This document shows positions 38,901 to 48,600 of a DNA stretch of 55,775 nucleotides, in pieces. This stretch comes from Catajapyx aquilonaris. Lineage: Eukaryota. The first letter of the stretch is position 1. Every line of letters starts with the position of its first letter. The stretch covers positions 62,001-117,775 of the forward strand of contig JYFJ02000634.1 in assembly GCA_000934665.2 (NCBI GenBank). Direction: 5' to 3'. The notes below the pieces were generated by a model, which searched no databases, was not told where the DNA came from, and was given only the letters and a program-made list of their open reading frames with translations. Made by a program: the position numbers and the translations under genes.

Positions 38901-41662
38901 TCGTACATTCATAGTAGTAAACACACTGTCAAAACTTGGCAACACTGCCCGACCCGCCCACAACTTGGACGTAGTACAATAGGCCACTACAAGATGGCGC
39001 ACATCCCCCCCCCCTCTGTCTGTCTGTCTGTCTCTGCATGCTACTGCCGTTCTACGGGGGTAAGTAGTACTAATGCACGTTGGTGATGAGTCACCACTAT
39101 TGGCCACTACCATACGGCGCGCATCCTCCCTCTCTGCACGCTGCTGCCGCTCTACGGAGGAAAGTAGTACTACAAGCACGTTGGTGATGAGTCACCGCGC
39201 GGACAAATGTATCCCCACCTCTGACCGCTATTATAGAGAGTGACCCTGTTGTGCCCTGTGAACGTGGATAGTAGTAACTACATGCACCTAGGTGTTATAG
39301 GGGCAGGGTCACTCCTAGCGAATTCTGCCAACCAACTGGTCCGTCCTGCATACGTAAACAATCGCCTCTAGTTGTTTCCGGCAGGTGACGCAACCCGATA
39401 TCGGTTTTTCGTTTTCCGATCCGGGTTTTGTTGTCCCACCGACAATAATAGAACCGGTTGAAATCAGGGCGGTTTGCTGGCCCCCATAGTCAAGCGGGTG
39501 ACCCCGTAAGTCTGGAGAGTTGACATATATTGTCCGTTGACGTGACAAGTGCTGGGAGTCACGGCACTAGGTCCTATTAATAGACCCGGCTTTAACCTCG
39601 AGTTTTGGGGCCCCTCCCACCCATCCCTAGCATTCCATCATGTCTGTGGAGCCGCAGGATTAATTGCTCATGAATAATCCAGTCCAACAAGACCTGCACT
39701 TTACCAGGAAAGCCTCTCTGCATGAGCTTCACTTCACTAGGACGGCCCCCCGAAATCAACCTCGAAAAAACTCGAGTTCTTTACTCATCAGCATGACAGT
39801 CAATCTGAACCAATGTGTTGACACAACTGACCCTTAACGAGCTGTATAAGCTTGGAGAAACAAAAATCTGGAGTTACATCCCAAGCCATCTAGTAAGGAG
39901 TTGGGTCGTCTCCTGCTCCGTCTTGGGTGGGCCTCCCATAGACTAACCACCCGGGGGGAACTCGCAAAAAAAACACCGCAAATTACATATTAAAAGGTCG
40001 ATATCCTCGCAGTGAGGTTAAGAACCACCCGGATTATTGTAATAACTAGTAGCTAACGCCAAAATTTGGCAACACCGCCCAGCCCGTTCGGACTCGGAGG
40101 TCAGTCGGAGGTAGTACTATATGCCCCAACCAGATGGCGCGCATTTGCACACTACTCCCACATGGTAATTACAATCACCTTTGTGTTGAATCAATGTAGG
40201 GACAGAGTCACGCCCAGCCAACTCTGATTTCACTATAGTAGCGAACCCGTTAAATTTGGCAACACTGTCTGACGAGTCCAAAGTGTGTCCAAACCCTCTC
40301 CGACTACTACAGTGAGCCTGTTGTGCCCTGTCACTGTTGAGCGGGGAAAGTAATAAGTGGCAACCATGGTAACTATACATGCACGTTGGTGATGAGTCAC
40401 AAAGCCTCCGTTGAAGTGTGCCCCCAACGACTCCGACCGCGCGCTACAAAGAGCGAACCTGTCATGTTGAACAGGGAAAGTGATAACGACGGTAACTACA
40501 CGCACCTAGGTGACGAGTCAACGCGTGCAGGGACAGATTCACACCTAGCCAATTCTATTCGGAATATTCGGCACAACATATTTTACAACGTAACATTTTT
40601 GTCAGGCGCAGTCAATCAATGAATCAATCTTCATTCGAGCATAAAATCCAACCTTGTGAACGCGTTTCGACCACGTCTACATGTCTGGGCCCCTCCAACA
40701 TTCACACTGTAGTATATTCCACAAGGGTCGCCTCCTTTACAGCCAAAACCATTTACCGCCAACACATATTTTCATTTACCGCCAATTCCCTGGCAGCCAA
40801 AAGCCCTGGCCGCCAAAATCTTTTACCGCCAATTACCTGGCAGCCAATTTCCTCTACAGCCAAAAGCCCTTAGGGGTCGTCCATATACCACGTGACCGAT
40901 TTTTGGCCACTTTTTGACCCCCCCTCCCCCCAAAACGGTCACGTGGTATATGTAGGACCCCTTACCGCCAATTCCATTTACAATCAAATGCCCTTACCGC
41001 CAAAAACTTTTGGCGGTAAAGGTTTTTGGCTGTAAGGGAAGCGACCCCTGTGAAGCCCACGAATAATCCAGCTCAACAAGACTGCATTTTTAACACAGCC
41101 GACTTTTAACGAGCAGTTACGTTTTGAGAGTTGGGTCGTCCCTGGCTCCGTCTTGGGCGGGACTCCTTCAGACTAACCACCCGGGGGGCATCACACTTTG
41201 CACGCTACTGATTGTAATGGACACGTTCCTTACCTCCAATGCTCGTTGTCGTCTGAGGCGTCGCAAGGCCCTCCGACGCTCCTTGAGCTGCGGTAACGAC
41301 GCGGGCGTCAGAGGCCGAAACATCTGTACCAGGTGCTTCGGAGGCGGAGGCTGCTCCGCCATCCTTCGTCTCCTGCTGGATGTCCTCCTTCGAGACGACC
41401 TGTTCGACTGTAGGGTACCATTGCACGTCGGGTTGTTGTTGTTGCTGTCGTGGTTCGTGGCCGTGCTCAGGTTGGTCCTGCTCCGGTTGAGCATCGCCTC
41501 CAGTGGCGATCCCGGAGGCCTGGGTGGCCACGGAGGGTCCGGTTCGTCTCCGGGGTGAGCCGCGACCACCGTGGTCTCGGTGGCGGTGTCACCATCGACA
41601 GTCTCCTCGCTCTCCTGGAGCCTCCCTCTCCTCCAGAACTCTCTCTGCAGCTCCTCGCACAT
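17014..41662 (-). CDS. Divergent four-domain voltage-gated sodium channel alpha-like protein (para/Nav1-like paralog), spliced, ~1650 aa with exon 1b
   Basis: 17 coding exons with GT-AG boundaries and compatible phases (one DIV S4 junction uncertain). Recognisable Nav motifs: FRPx[46 protein letters not shown]...[40 protein letters not shown]......Y..AMKK, SP.LLRLVR, FKTF, VSST..RQR...SARVIQ.AW. Confidence 0.9.
18662..18760 (-). CDS. Nav-like exon 16: DIV S3-S4 (SPALLRLVR)
   Basis: Not in the ORF track; translates [33 protein letters not shown], matching para SPTLLRVVRV; 3' boundary uncertain (18662 vs 18678). Confidence 0.65.
18827..19097 (-). CDS. Nav-like exon 15: DIV S1-S3
   Basis: Acceptor ccgtgtag|[17 protein letters not shown]...FESAARF...LNLADAVG; donor G|GTCAGA. 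Confidence 0.8.
19152..19390. repeat. Hairpin-containing ~82-84-bp tandem repeat, left array (~3 units)
   Basis: Unit agacgcatgcgcaaac..ttcatgaggccccgattgagcatgattgacgctc..tcggggcctcagaccacgcctt.tcca. Confidence 0.85.
19748..21682 (+). CDS. Secreted fibrinogen-related protein (signal peptide + coiled coil + FReD; techylectin-5/ficolin/angiopoietin-like), 393 aa, nested antisense in Nav intron
   Basis: Exons 19748-19949, 20032-20128, 20349-20551, 20696-20805, 20884-21025, 21255-21682 (1182 nt, phases 1/2/1/0/1 consistent). Motifs [80 protein letters not shown]...GGWWY..C..SNLNG.Y, MKIRP. Confidence 0.93.
22085..22715. repeat. Hairpin-containing ~84-bp tandem repeat, right array (~7-8 units)
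   Basis: agacgc starts at 22268, 22351, 22435, 22519 and 22603; same unit and orientation as 19152-19390. Confidence 0.9.
22788..22893 (-). CDS. Nav-like exon 14: III-IV linker (inactivation gate region)
   Basis: [35 protein letters not shown] vs para [23 protein letters not shown]; acceptor ttgtcag, donor AAG|GTAAAC. Confidence 0.85.
22997..23568 (-). CDS. Nav-like exon 13: DIII S3-S6
   Basis: S4 [53 protein letters not shown]; acceptor gtttcag, donor AA|GTACGG. Confidence 0.92.
25490..25915. repeat. AT-rich ~21-bp degenerate minisatellite
   Basis: Recurring aaattctgcaatgttcag-like unit. Confidence 0.75.
26759..27137 (-). CDS. Nav-like exon 12: II-III linker end and DIII S1-S3
   Basis: [16 protein letters not shown]...[10 protein letters not shown]...[11 protein letters not shown]....QDPLQGLDF; donor TTC|GTGAGT. 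Confidence 0.88.
27192..27579 (-). CDS. Nav-like exon 11: DII pore and S6
   Basis: [27 protein letters not shown]...[14 protein letters not shown] vs para [27 protein letters not shown]...GNLVVLNLFLALLL; donor AG|GTAAGT. Confidence 0.88.
28254..28425 (-). CDS. Nav-like exon 10: DII S4-S5
   Basis: Acceptor tatttccag|[18 protein letters not shown]...[11 protein letters not shown]; donor C|GTGAGT. Confidence 0.8.
28474..28830. repeat. 24-bp minisatellite
   Basis: tagatatccgtcggacatcccatg about 15 times; produces the spurious [11 protein letters not shown]. Confidence 0.9.
29820..30135 (-). CDS. Nav-like exon 9: DII S1-S4 start
   Basis: [10 protein letters not shown]...HHG...[17 protein letters not shown]...FE...LLRAATT; donor ACG|GTAAGT. 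Confidence 0.88.
30203..30465 (-). CDS. Nav-like exon 8: short I-II linker
   Basis: Open acidic, Ser-rich frame; acceptor aattccag, donor AG|GTACAC; phases match neighbours. Confidence 0.75.
30856..30996 (-). CDS. Nav-like exon 7: DI S6
   Basis: FMRVAGP...FF...[10 protein letters not shown] vs para LRAAGP...FF...NLILAIVAMS. Confidence 0.85.
31058..31320 (-). CDS. Nav-like exon 6: DI extracellular loop and pore
   Basis: Not in the ORF track; [22 protein letters not shown]...[10 protein letters not shown]...[25 protein letters not shown]. Confidence 0.88.
31380..31586 (-). CDS. Nav-like exon 5: DI S5
   Basis: [22 protein letters not shown] vs para [22 protein letters not shown]. Confidence 0.88.
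31645..31745 (-). CDS. Nav-like exon 4: DI S3-S4
   Basis: [15 protein letters not shown]; acceptor ctttag, donor G|GTGAGC. Confidence 0.8.
32277..32617 (-). CDS. Nav-like exon 3: N-terminal domain and DI S1-S3
   Basis: TFVVV..RFSA..SLW.FGP.N.VRR.A...[20 protein letters not shown]; donor at 32277 or 32280. Confidence 0.92.
32671..32832 (-). CDS. Nav-like exon 2: N-terminal domain
   Basis: PDESLGQG...RL...[13 protein letters not shown] vs para PDPTLEQG..RL...PPELASTPLEDIDPYY; phase-0 acceptor ccgcag, donor AAG|GTGCGG. Confidence 0.9.
33688..33892. repeat. 11-bp minisatellite (tactrgttkgg)
   Basis: About 18 tandem copies. Confidence 0.9.
34308..34535 (-). CDS. Nav-like candidate first coding exon 1b (poly-His, PFRPFT motif)
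   Basis: ATG at 34535; [18 protein letters not shown]...[14 protein letters not shown]...; phase-0 donor CCT|GTGAGT. Confidence 0.7.
35676..35896. mobile_element. MITE with ~70-bp terminal inverted repeats
   Basis: aaggtgaagtggggtaagtgcatacacgggg...ccccgtgtatgcacttaccccacttcacctt. Confidence 0.8.
36030..36540. repeat. ~30-bp degenerate minisatellite (aatccggattgcc core)
   Basis: About 16 copies of core plus A-rich tail. Confidence 0.8.
37387..37581. mobile_element. Tc1/mariner-type MITE (copy 2)
   Basis: Same TIRs and TA flanks as 201-407. Confidence 0.85.
38700..39005. mobile_element. Long palindromic MITE-like element
   Basis: ~110-bp arms (catcttgtagtggactattgtactacgtc...gtttggctgcc / ggcagccaaac...gacgtagtacaataggccactacaagatg). 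Confidence 0.75.
40720..41052. mobile_element. MITE with a nested Harbinger/Tourist-like MITE (40873-40961)
   Basis: Outer TIR cacaagggtcgc...gcgacccctgtg; inner GGGGTC...GACCCC with TTA on both sides. Confidence 0.65.
41234..41662 (-). CDS. Nav-like candidate first coding exon 1a (MFRPLT motif)
   Basis: ...[31 protein letters not shown] vs para LFRPFTRESLVQIEQR...RAEGE; strong phase-0 donor GAG|GTAAGG; 5' end uncertain (ATG 41662 or acceptor near 41730). Confidence 0.72.
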
Positions 41663-42129
41663 CCTCCGCCTCCTGGCACCTTCCAGGCTGTACACCTCCA
41701 CTGTATATTTCACATCGGTCACTGGAACCACTGGAAGGGGAGCGACTGGAGTCCTGGACTACTCTGGACAGCCGGAGCGAGGCCACTGATGGCGCAACAG
41801 GGAGAGCTCTCAAGGTCACGTGCGAGCCTCCCCTCCCTCCCTTCCACCCTCCCTAAAACCAGTGCTACCAACAGCTGGCCTACTTTTCTCCAGCGCTTCC
41901 AGCCCACCCCTGACCTAGTGTGGCACCAATGTCAAGGTCACTTTGCTACCCACCACCCAAAATCTTCGATCACCGCATCGCCCCGCATCATCATCCCGCC
42001 TATTCGGCGCCTGCGTACTACTGGAACATTTTCTCCAGCTAGCAGACCTCCCCTTTTCGCCCGGAATCGGCTCAGCAGCAGGATCACACAAAAAAACAAC
42101 CCCGATCGTCATTTTCCTCCTGGATATAT

Positions 42130-43670
42130 CTATTGGGACGGGAATCGCCATTATCCGATCCATTCCAAATGAAAAATGTCGTAACTGCACAAAGAGATAA
42201 GGCCTAGTACGACTACGTTTCGTCCAAATCAAAAACCTCGTATCTGCATAATTAATATTGGGACGGAATCGTTATTATCCGATCCATCCCAAATGAAAAA
42301 CATCTTATCTGCACAGAGAGGTAAGACCTAGTACGGCGACGTTTTGTCCTAATCAAAAACGTCGTATCTACACAGAGATTAGGTCTAGTACGACATTTCG
42401 TCCAAATCAAAAACGTCGTATCTACACAGAGATTAGGCCTAGCACGACATTTCGTCCAAATCAAAAACGTCGTAACTGCACAAAGAGATAAGGCCTAGTA
42501 CGACATTTCGTCCAAATCAAAAACGTCGTATCTGCATAATTCATATCGTGACGGAATCGTTATTATCCGATCCATCCCAAATGAAAAACATCTTATCTGC
42601 ACAGAGAGGTAAGACCTAGTACGACGACGTTTTGTCCTAATCAAAAATGTCGTATCTACACAGATTAGGTCTAGTACGACATTTCGTCCAAATCAAAAAC
42701 GTCGTATCTACACAGAGATTAGGCCTAGCACGACATTTCGTCCAAATCAAAAACGTCGTAACTGCACAAAGAGATAAGGCCTAGTACGACATTTCGTCCA
42801 AATCAAAAACGTCGTATCTGTATAGTTAATATCCGGATGGAATCGTTATTATCTGATTCATCCCAAGTGAAAAACGTCGTATCTGCCCGTAACAGCTAGG
42901 TCGTTTCATATATTAATAAAGACGTATCTGCACAGGGTTATGGTCGCACATACGATATTTTTCCAAATGAAAAACGCTGCATCTCCGATTCTCCACAGAG
43001 ATACGGGCCAGTGAATATACGATTTGTTTTCTAATGAAAAACGTCGTTTCTGCTCAAAGGAAAATGCCGAACTGCAGATGAGACATTTTTCCATATGAAA
43101 AGGTCGTTTCGTTTGGAGAGAAAAAAAAAAGTCGTATCTGCACAGAGAAAAGGTCGCAGATAAGATGTTTTTCCAGATGAAAAACGTTTCATCTCCACGG
43201 AGACATAAGGTCTAGCGTAGATCCGTTTTCTTCTTCTTCAAATGAAACACTTCGTTTCTTGCTCACAGCAAGGCCTATTGTAGATGCGGTGTTTTTCCAG
43301 ATGAAACAAAAAGGTGTATCTGCATAATTAATATTGGGACGGAATCGTTATTATCCGATCCATTTTATGCAGTGCACATGCTTTTTTGATGGACCGGCAA
43401 ATTGCCAAAAAAAAAATTGTATGGCCGAGTTCTAATCGGGGTCAGCAAAAATTTAGGGTTATGTATACGACGTAGTTGAAGGCCCTCCAGCTTCAGAAAC
43501 ATTGGCACCCCTGCTGGGCACGAACAGCCAATGGGGAGCCAGATTTGGATCCCATTCAACGCTACAGCTTGATTCGTGATGCGGTCGTCATTTGGAAAAA
43601 CGTCGTATCTGCACAGAGATAAGGCATTGTCGACTTTTTTTTCCAAATGAAAAACGTCGTATATGCTCAT
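42130..43670. repeat. Composite tandem repeat (~55-bp subunits, ~295-bp higher-order unit)
   Basis: aaatcaaaaacgtcgtatctgcacagagataaggcctagtacgacatttcgtcc repeated, decaying toward 43670. Confidence 0.85.
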
Positions 43671-43749
43671 AGCAGTTTATGTAACGACTATTTCCATAAG
43701 CAGTGACAGCTTTCTGAATATTCTCAGGCTCAGGTTGCATCAGTTGGCA

Positions 43750-44130
43750 GACCTGTTTTGGCGGTAAAAAAATTTGGCTGTCAAGGGTTTTGGCTGTAAA
43801 GGGAACTGGCGGTAAAATATTTTGGCTGTCATGGGCTTTGGCTGTAAAAGGAATTGGATGTCAGGGAATTGGCGGTAAATGGTTTTGGCTGTAAGGGGTT
43901 CTGGCTGTAAAAGGAATTGGATGTCAGGGAATTGGCGGTAAAATATTTTGGCTGTCATGGGTTTTGGCTGTAAAAGGAATTGGATGTCAGGGAATTGGCG
44001 GTAAATGGTTTTGGCTGTAAGGGGTTTTGGCTGTAAAAGAAATTGGTTCTCAGGGAATTGCAGTAAAATAGTTTGGCTGTCCGGGTTTTTGGCAGTCAGG
44101 GAATTTGCGATAAAAATTTTTGGCTGTCAG
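43750..44130. repeat. ~32/63-bp minisatellite (ttttggctgt/ggcggtaaa)
   Basis: Tandem copies; reverse-complement relatives inside 40720-41052. Confidence 0.8.
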
Positions 44131-45625
44131 CCAGGCGACACAGATAAGGCCTATAGTACAGATGCGATGTTTTTCCCAAATGAACAGAGAGATAAGGCTA
44201 AGTGCAGATGTGACTTTCTTCCAAATGAGTGCCGCATACTGATGTGACAGTAGATGCTGTGGGTACAGTCTCCGTCAAGAGAATGAGGCTGAGAGTGTGC
44301 TTCGAAGGAAGATATGTTCGATCGTGCGGAAACAGCCCTTGGGAGGCAGGGGGGGTCCAGATCGATTCTGTGACGTCACTCCCAAAAAAAGAGACGTCCC
44401 CCCCTCCCTCCCAATCCCTCTCTCAAAAGGAACCTTTTGTTGCTTCTGTACACACAAGTCTTCTTCTCCATTTCCTGCCAATCTGCACCTAACCGAAAGA
44501 CGTCATTACAAACTTTTGGGACTGATTATAGTTGAAGGCCTCCTCACTTGAGAATATCCGTCACGTGATATGAATCGACCAATGTCATTGGTTGGATTGT
44601 ATCATGTGACCATTCAGACACTACTGGACCTAGTTCACTATTAGCCGACACAGCATAGAAATTTTCCCATTGCAGCCTGCACTAAATGGCTGCGTTAAAT
44701 GCGGGCAATTAAGCAATCAATGTCCATTGAAAAGCAGCTCGTGACAGTGATGGATGAAGTGGCCGCTTTAAAAGAAAAAAATGGATCAATTTGTACAAAA
44801 GGCCATCACCGGCTTGCAAAGTCCGATTATGCCGACAGTTATGTCCACTCATTTTTTACCAGCTGGAAAATTGCTTGTTAACAATAGAGTGAGATATGAC
44901 CCATTTACAATTCCTGGTAATATCGCACCTGCATGATCAGTATTCAGGAACGTTGCAGTCGGACTAATAAAGAACGGCTCATCAAGAATGCAGATTTTGT
45001 GTACTTGCGTATTTGCACAGTTCAAAGTTTGTCCCTGCAACAAGAACTGTTGGAGCGTGTCATTCCCGTCGGTAAACAATTACGGCCGTAACTTTTGCAT
45101 CATCAAGCAGCCGGCTGAAATTCAAGTAACTGAATACCAGTTGATTCAATGGTACACTCCCATCTCTTAGCGTAATCACACCGTTTGATAAGAACACTGC
45201 TCCATTTATTACGTTCAATTTTCAAAGGAATGCGAAACGAACCTGAAAAAATGTCTCCAGCGGATGTCATACGAAGAACTCCACTTGTAATTACGCGTAA
45301 CGATAAACAAACAAATCATGCTACGCCACAGCTCGCAACACAAATACTCCACTAATTGCACAAACACTTCATTAGTTTGTCACAGTTTATGTCATTTTTC
45401 TGTTCACATCTCTCGTAATCATGTCAGCAGGCAATGAATTATTCTGTACGAATTTAAAGCAATCATAAGCCGACCATTTAACAAAATTGTAAGTTAGTCA
45501 ACCTCTCTCAATTCCACCCACAAACACATGCACATTGCAATTATTACCATGCGCATGAAACGTTACGTTCCCGACCTGACACAACTCCACTTCACTGGCA
45601 CTTGATTCGACAATTCTACTGTCCA

Positions 45626-48600
45626 CTACACCTTTGCTACCGCCGGGAACGGACTAGAGTAGGAGAAGCCATGTGGAGTTCCCTTCTGCTTGTGCAACCC
45701 AGGGGCAGACCCAGGGGCAATCGGAGGGAAGGCTGAAATGTTGAGCGGGGCCAAGGTCGGCTCCACTAGTCTTACTGATCCGAAGAAATCTGTGACCGGC
45801 ACTTTGGCAGGGTCGGTGCCAAACAGATCGGATCGGACACCAACGGTGGAGATGCAGAGGCGACGTGGGCATACCTCAAGCTGGAAGGTGCAGAAAAGAC
45901 TACTCACATAAATGTCATCATTTGCATACTCTCCATAAAATCAATACTGAATTTATACGTCCAACCCAGCAATGATCGTGCATTAAATGCCAGGAGGACT
46001 CGAGCCCATCTGATTGCTGACAGGATTTATAGTTCGCCTGAATCAATTATTCTGCAGATGCCAAGTTAATATCCTTTTTACGCTCCTCTGGCCATTACAC
46101 AGAGTAGGTCAAGAGTCTTTGCCAGGCAGTTACGCAGTAATTGGCGTATCCACAGCAACATTTATGGCGACCAAAGAGTTCTGCTATTATATAATATAAT
46201 ACCTAGAGGAGGTACTCCATATCCTTTTCCATTAGACAGGCTGAGGCAGCCGCCATCTTGTTGGAGGTCATATTGTTGTTCTAACAGTTGTCTAGCAACT
46301 GGGACAACAACCAATAATGACAACTGGGACGACAATTAGTTCAATAATGTCAGGCAGCCGCCATCTTGTTGAAGGTCATATTGTTGCCTGCATTGTTGCC
46401 TGCCTCACATTTCAGGCCGAGTACCTCCTCTAGGTGTATATATAATATAGCAGAACTCTTTGATGGCGACTGATTGGAGGCAGTGTGCTAAACCCTCATC
46501 GCAAAGGCATTGGTGAGGCAATAAAATTGAAAGCAGTCGTTAAGCAGTGGATACGACCGGTCGAGGTTTTTTCCCAGTTGTAATGTTCGTTTGGCAGAAA
46601 AATGACAAATCCTGATTGTATGACACTAGCGATCAACAGAAGTTAATGCAACCGGTCAGCTTATGGGAAATCTACTCACAAACTGAGCAAGTGTGTGGCT
46701 GCTCCCCGGCACAACCTTCTCCAGAAACTCCAATGCGTAGTAGGTGTATCTGTCGATGATGTACACGCCAATGGCTGGATCCACGTGGTGAGAGAGCGAG
46801 TCCTCTCCTACAAGGCTGGAGGCCACTGCCAGCACATTCGGCGAGTAGAGCCTCCGATACATGGATTCCGCTTGGCAAGTGTCCACCATCAGGAACAGCT
46901 TGTGGAAGCGGCCTGTTGAAGAGGAAACATGCATATTGCATTTTTGATGGATTTCATTAATCGGTTTGTAGTAGCGAGTATTACAGTCATATGGAAACCA
47001 GAAATCTCTCGTTCTCGTTGCAAAAGTGACGATTTGGCTATGGCAGACCTCGGTTATAACAGACTTGTTTCTGCTGTTTCTTGAGCCTGTTTTATCCAGA
47101 TGCAACTGTATTATTAACTCATTCGCTACCTGCTATATCGCCATCGCCTAGATTGTCGCTTTAAGTACTATGAACATAAGGACAAGATATTTTACATAAT
47201 AATAATACAGTAACAGCTACATTTATACACATTCATGCTGTGCATGTGACAAAAACAATTTACTCGTCTAGAAGACCCTAAATAAATTTTCAATAAGATC
47301 TCCGTAAAAACTCGAAATTCAGGTATTTCCGGCCAACTGCTGATTTAATTATGAAATACGATACAGGATGCAGAATATCTACCTTGAGAACTGTGCCAGA
47401 CGAATTTGCTGAATCGTTGTATTTCACGAGGATTAAACGAATTTGGGGATTTTTCCGAAGTAAGCCGCAGATAAGAAACCACATTTTCTCGGGAAGTACC
47501 ACGATTTCAGCGAATTCCTTTGGCGCAGCTCTCAAGGTTGACATTCCATATGTTTTAATGGAGGCTATTTCATGTTTCAATCACACTAACAGTACTTTCA
47601 TTCTGCCACGGAGGTCTTACTACCCTTTTTTTCACTGAAGGGAATGTCTTTGAGAAATACTATCACATACGAGGGGGGTTCATAAAGTTCAAGCCTTTGG
47701 GTTGAAGGATGTGAGAGAAACTGTTCACATTGCACACATGCATTAATCCTTTCTCTCTATATATTAACCCTGCAAAGCCACATATTTTTCCCAACGATGC
47801 ATGACTTGTTGGACACCATTATTGCCGAAGTCGACACTTTTTACTTGAAAAAAAAGTTTTCAACCTGGGTGAGGCTAAGGAAATGCTGGCGATGTTTCGC
47901 TCCGAAGATGGCAATTTTTTCATCCGACTCATCGTCATGGACGAATGTTGGGTGCACCACTACGACCTAGAGACCAAATTACAGAACAAGCAGTGGAAGC
48001 CTTGTGAAAGCGACGAGGGGGTGACCACAGAAGTTGAAAACAATTTTCAAGCGCAAAGTGTAGACTTCTATAGTGATGGTGTCCCACAGGTCGTGAATCA
48101 CTGGGAAAAATGTGAATGGCTTTGCAGGGTTCATGCAGAGAGAAGCACTAATACATGTGTGCAATTTGAACGGTTTCTCTCATTTCCTTCAACCCAAAGG
48201 CGCGAACTTTATGAAGTCCCTCTCGTACATGCTCTAGTGAACAAAGTATTTATCAATATTAGATCAAAAACTTTCCCTTCAGTAAAAAAAAGAGAAGTAA
48301 GACCTCCGCGGCGGAATAAAAGTACTGAAACAAGGCAGGCGCACGTAAGACCTTCACCAATTGATTTAAGCTGTACCATAGGTCTTACTCAAGCAATTAC
48401 CAATTGAAGGGGTTAGTGCCATAACGTGCTAAGCCACACTTTCGCGTTTTTCGAGCTTGCACGTGTCTGAAAGTCCCACCATCGTGCTTCACAAGTGGGC
48501 ATCACGTAGTTAGAAAAATTCCCCATAGATCACGAGAAAATCACGAATCAAGTTCCTTGTTTTGTATGATTTGCCATATTACGCCAAACTTTTGAAAGCC

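Noticed and set aside
17014..41662. Channel as a pseudogene, or as canonical para, Cav or NALCN
   Set aside because: Frames are open with matching splice phases, except one resolvable junction. The termini and III-IV linker are Nav-type, but the filter and divergence exclude canonical para, so no gene symbol is given.
47883..48407. Functional transposase
   Set aside because: Only fused fragments of a mariner transposase remain; the DNA-binding domain and most of the catalytic domain are deleted.
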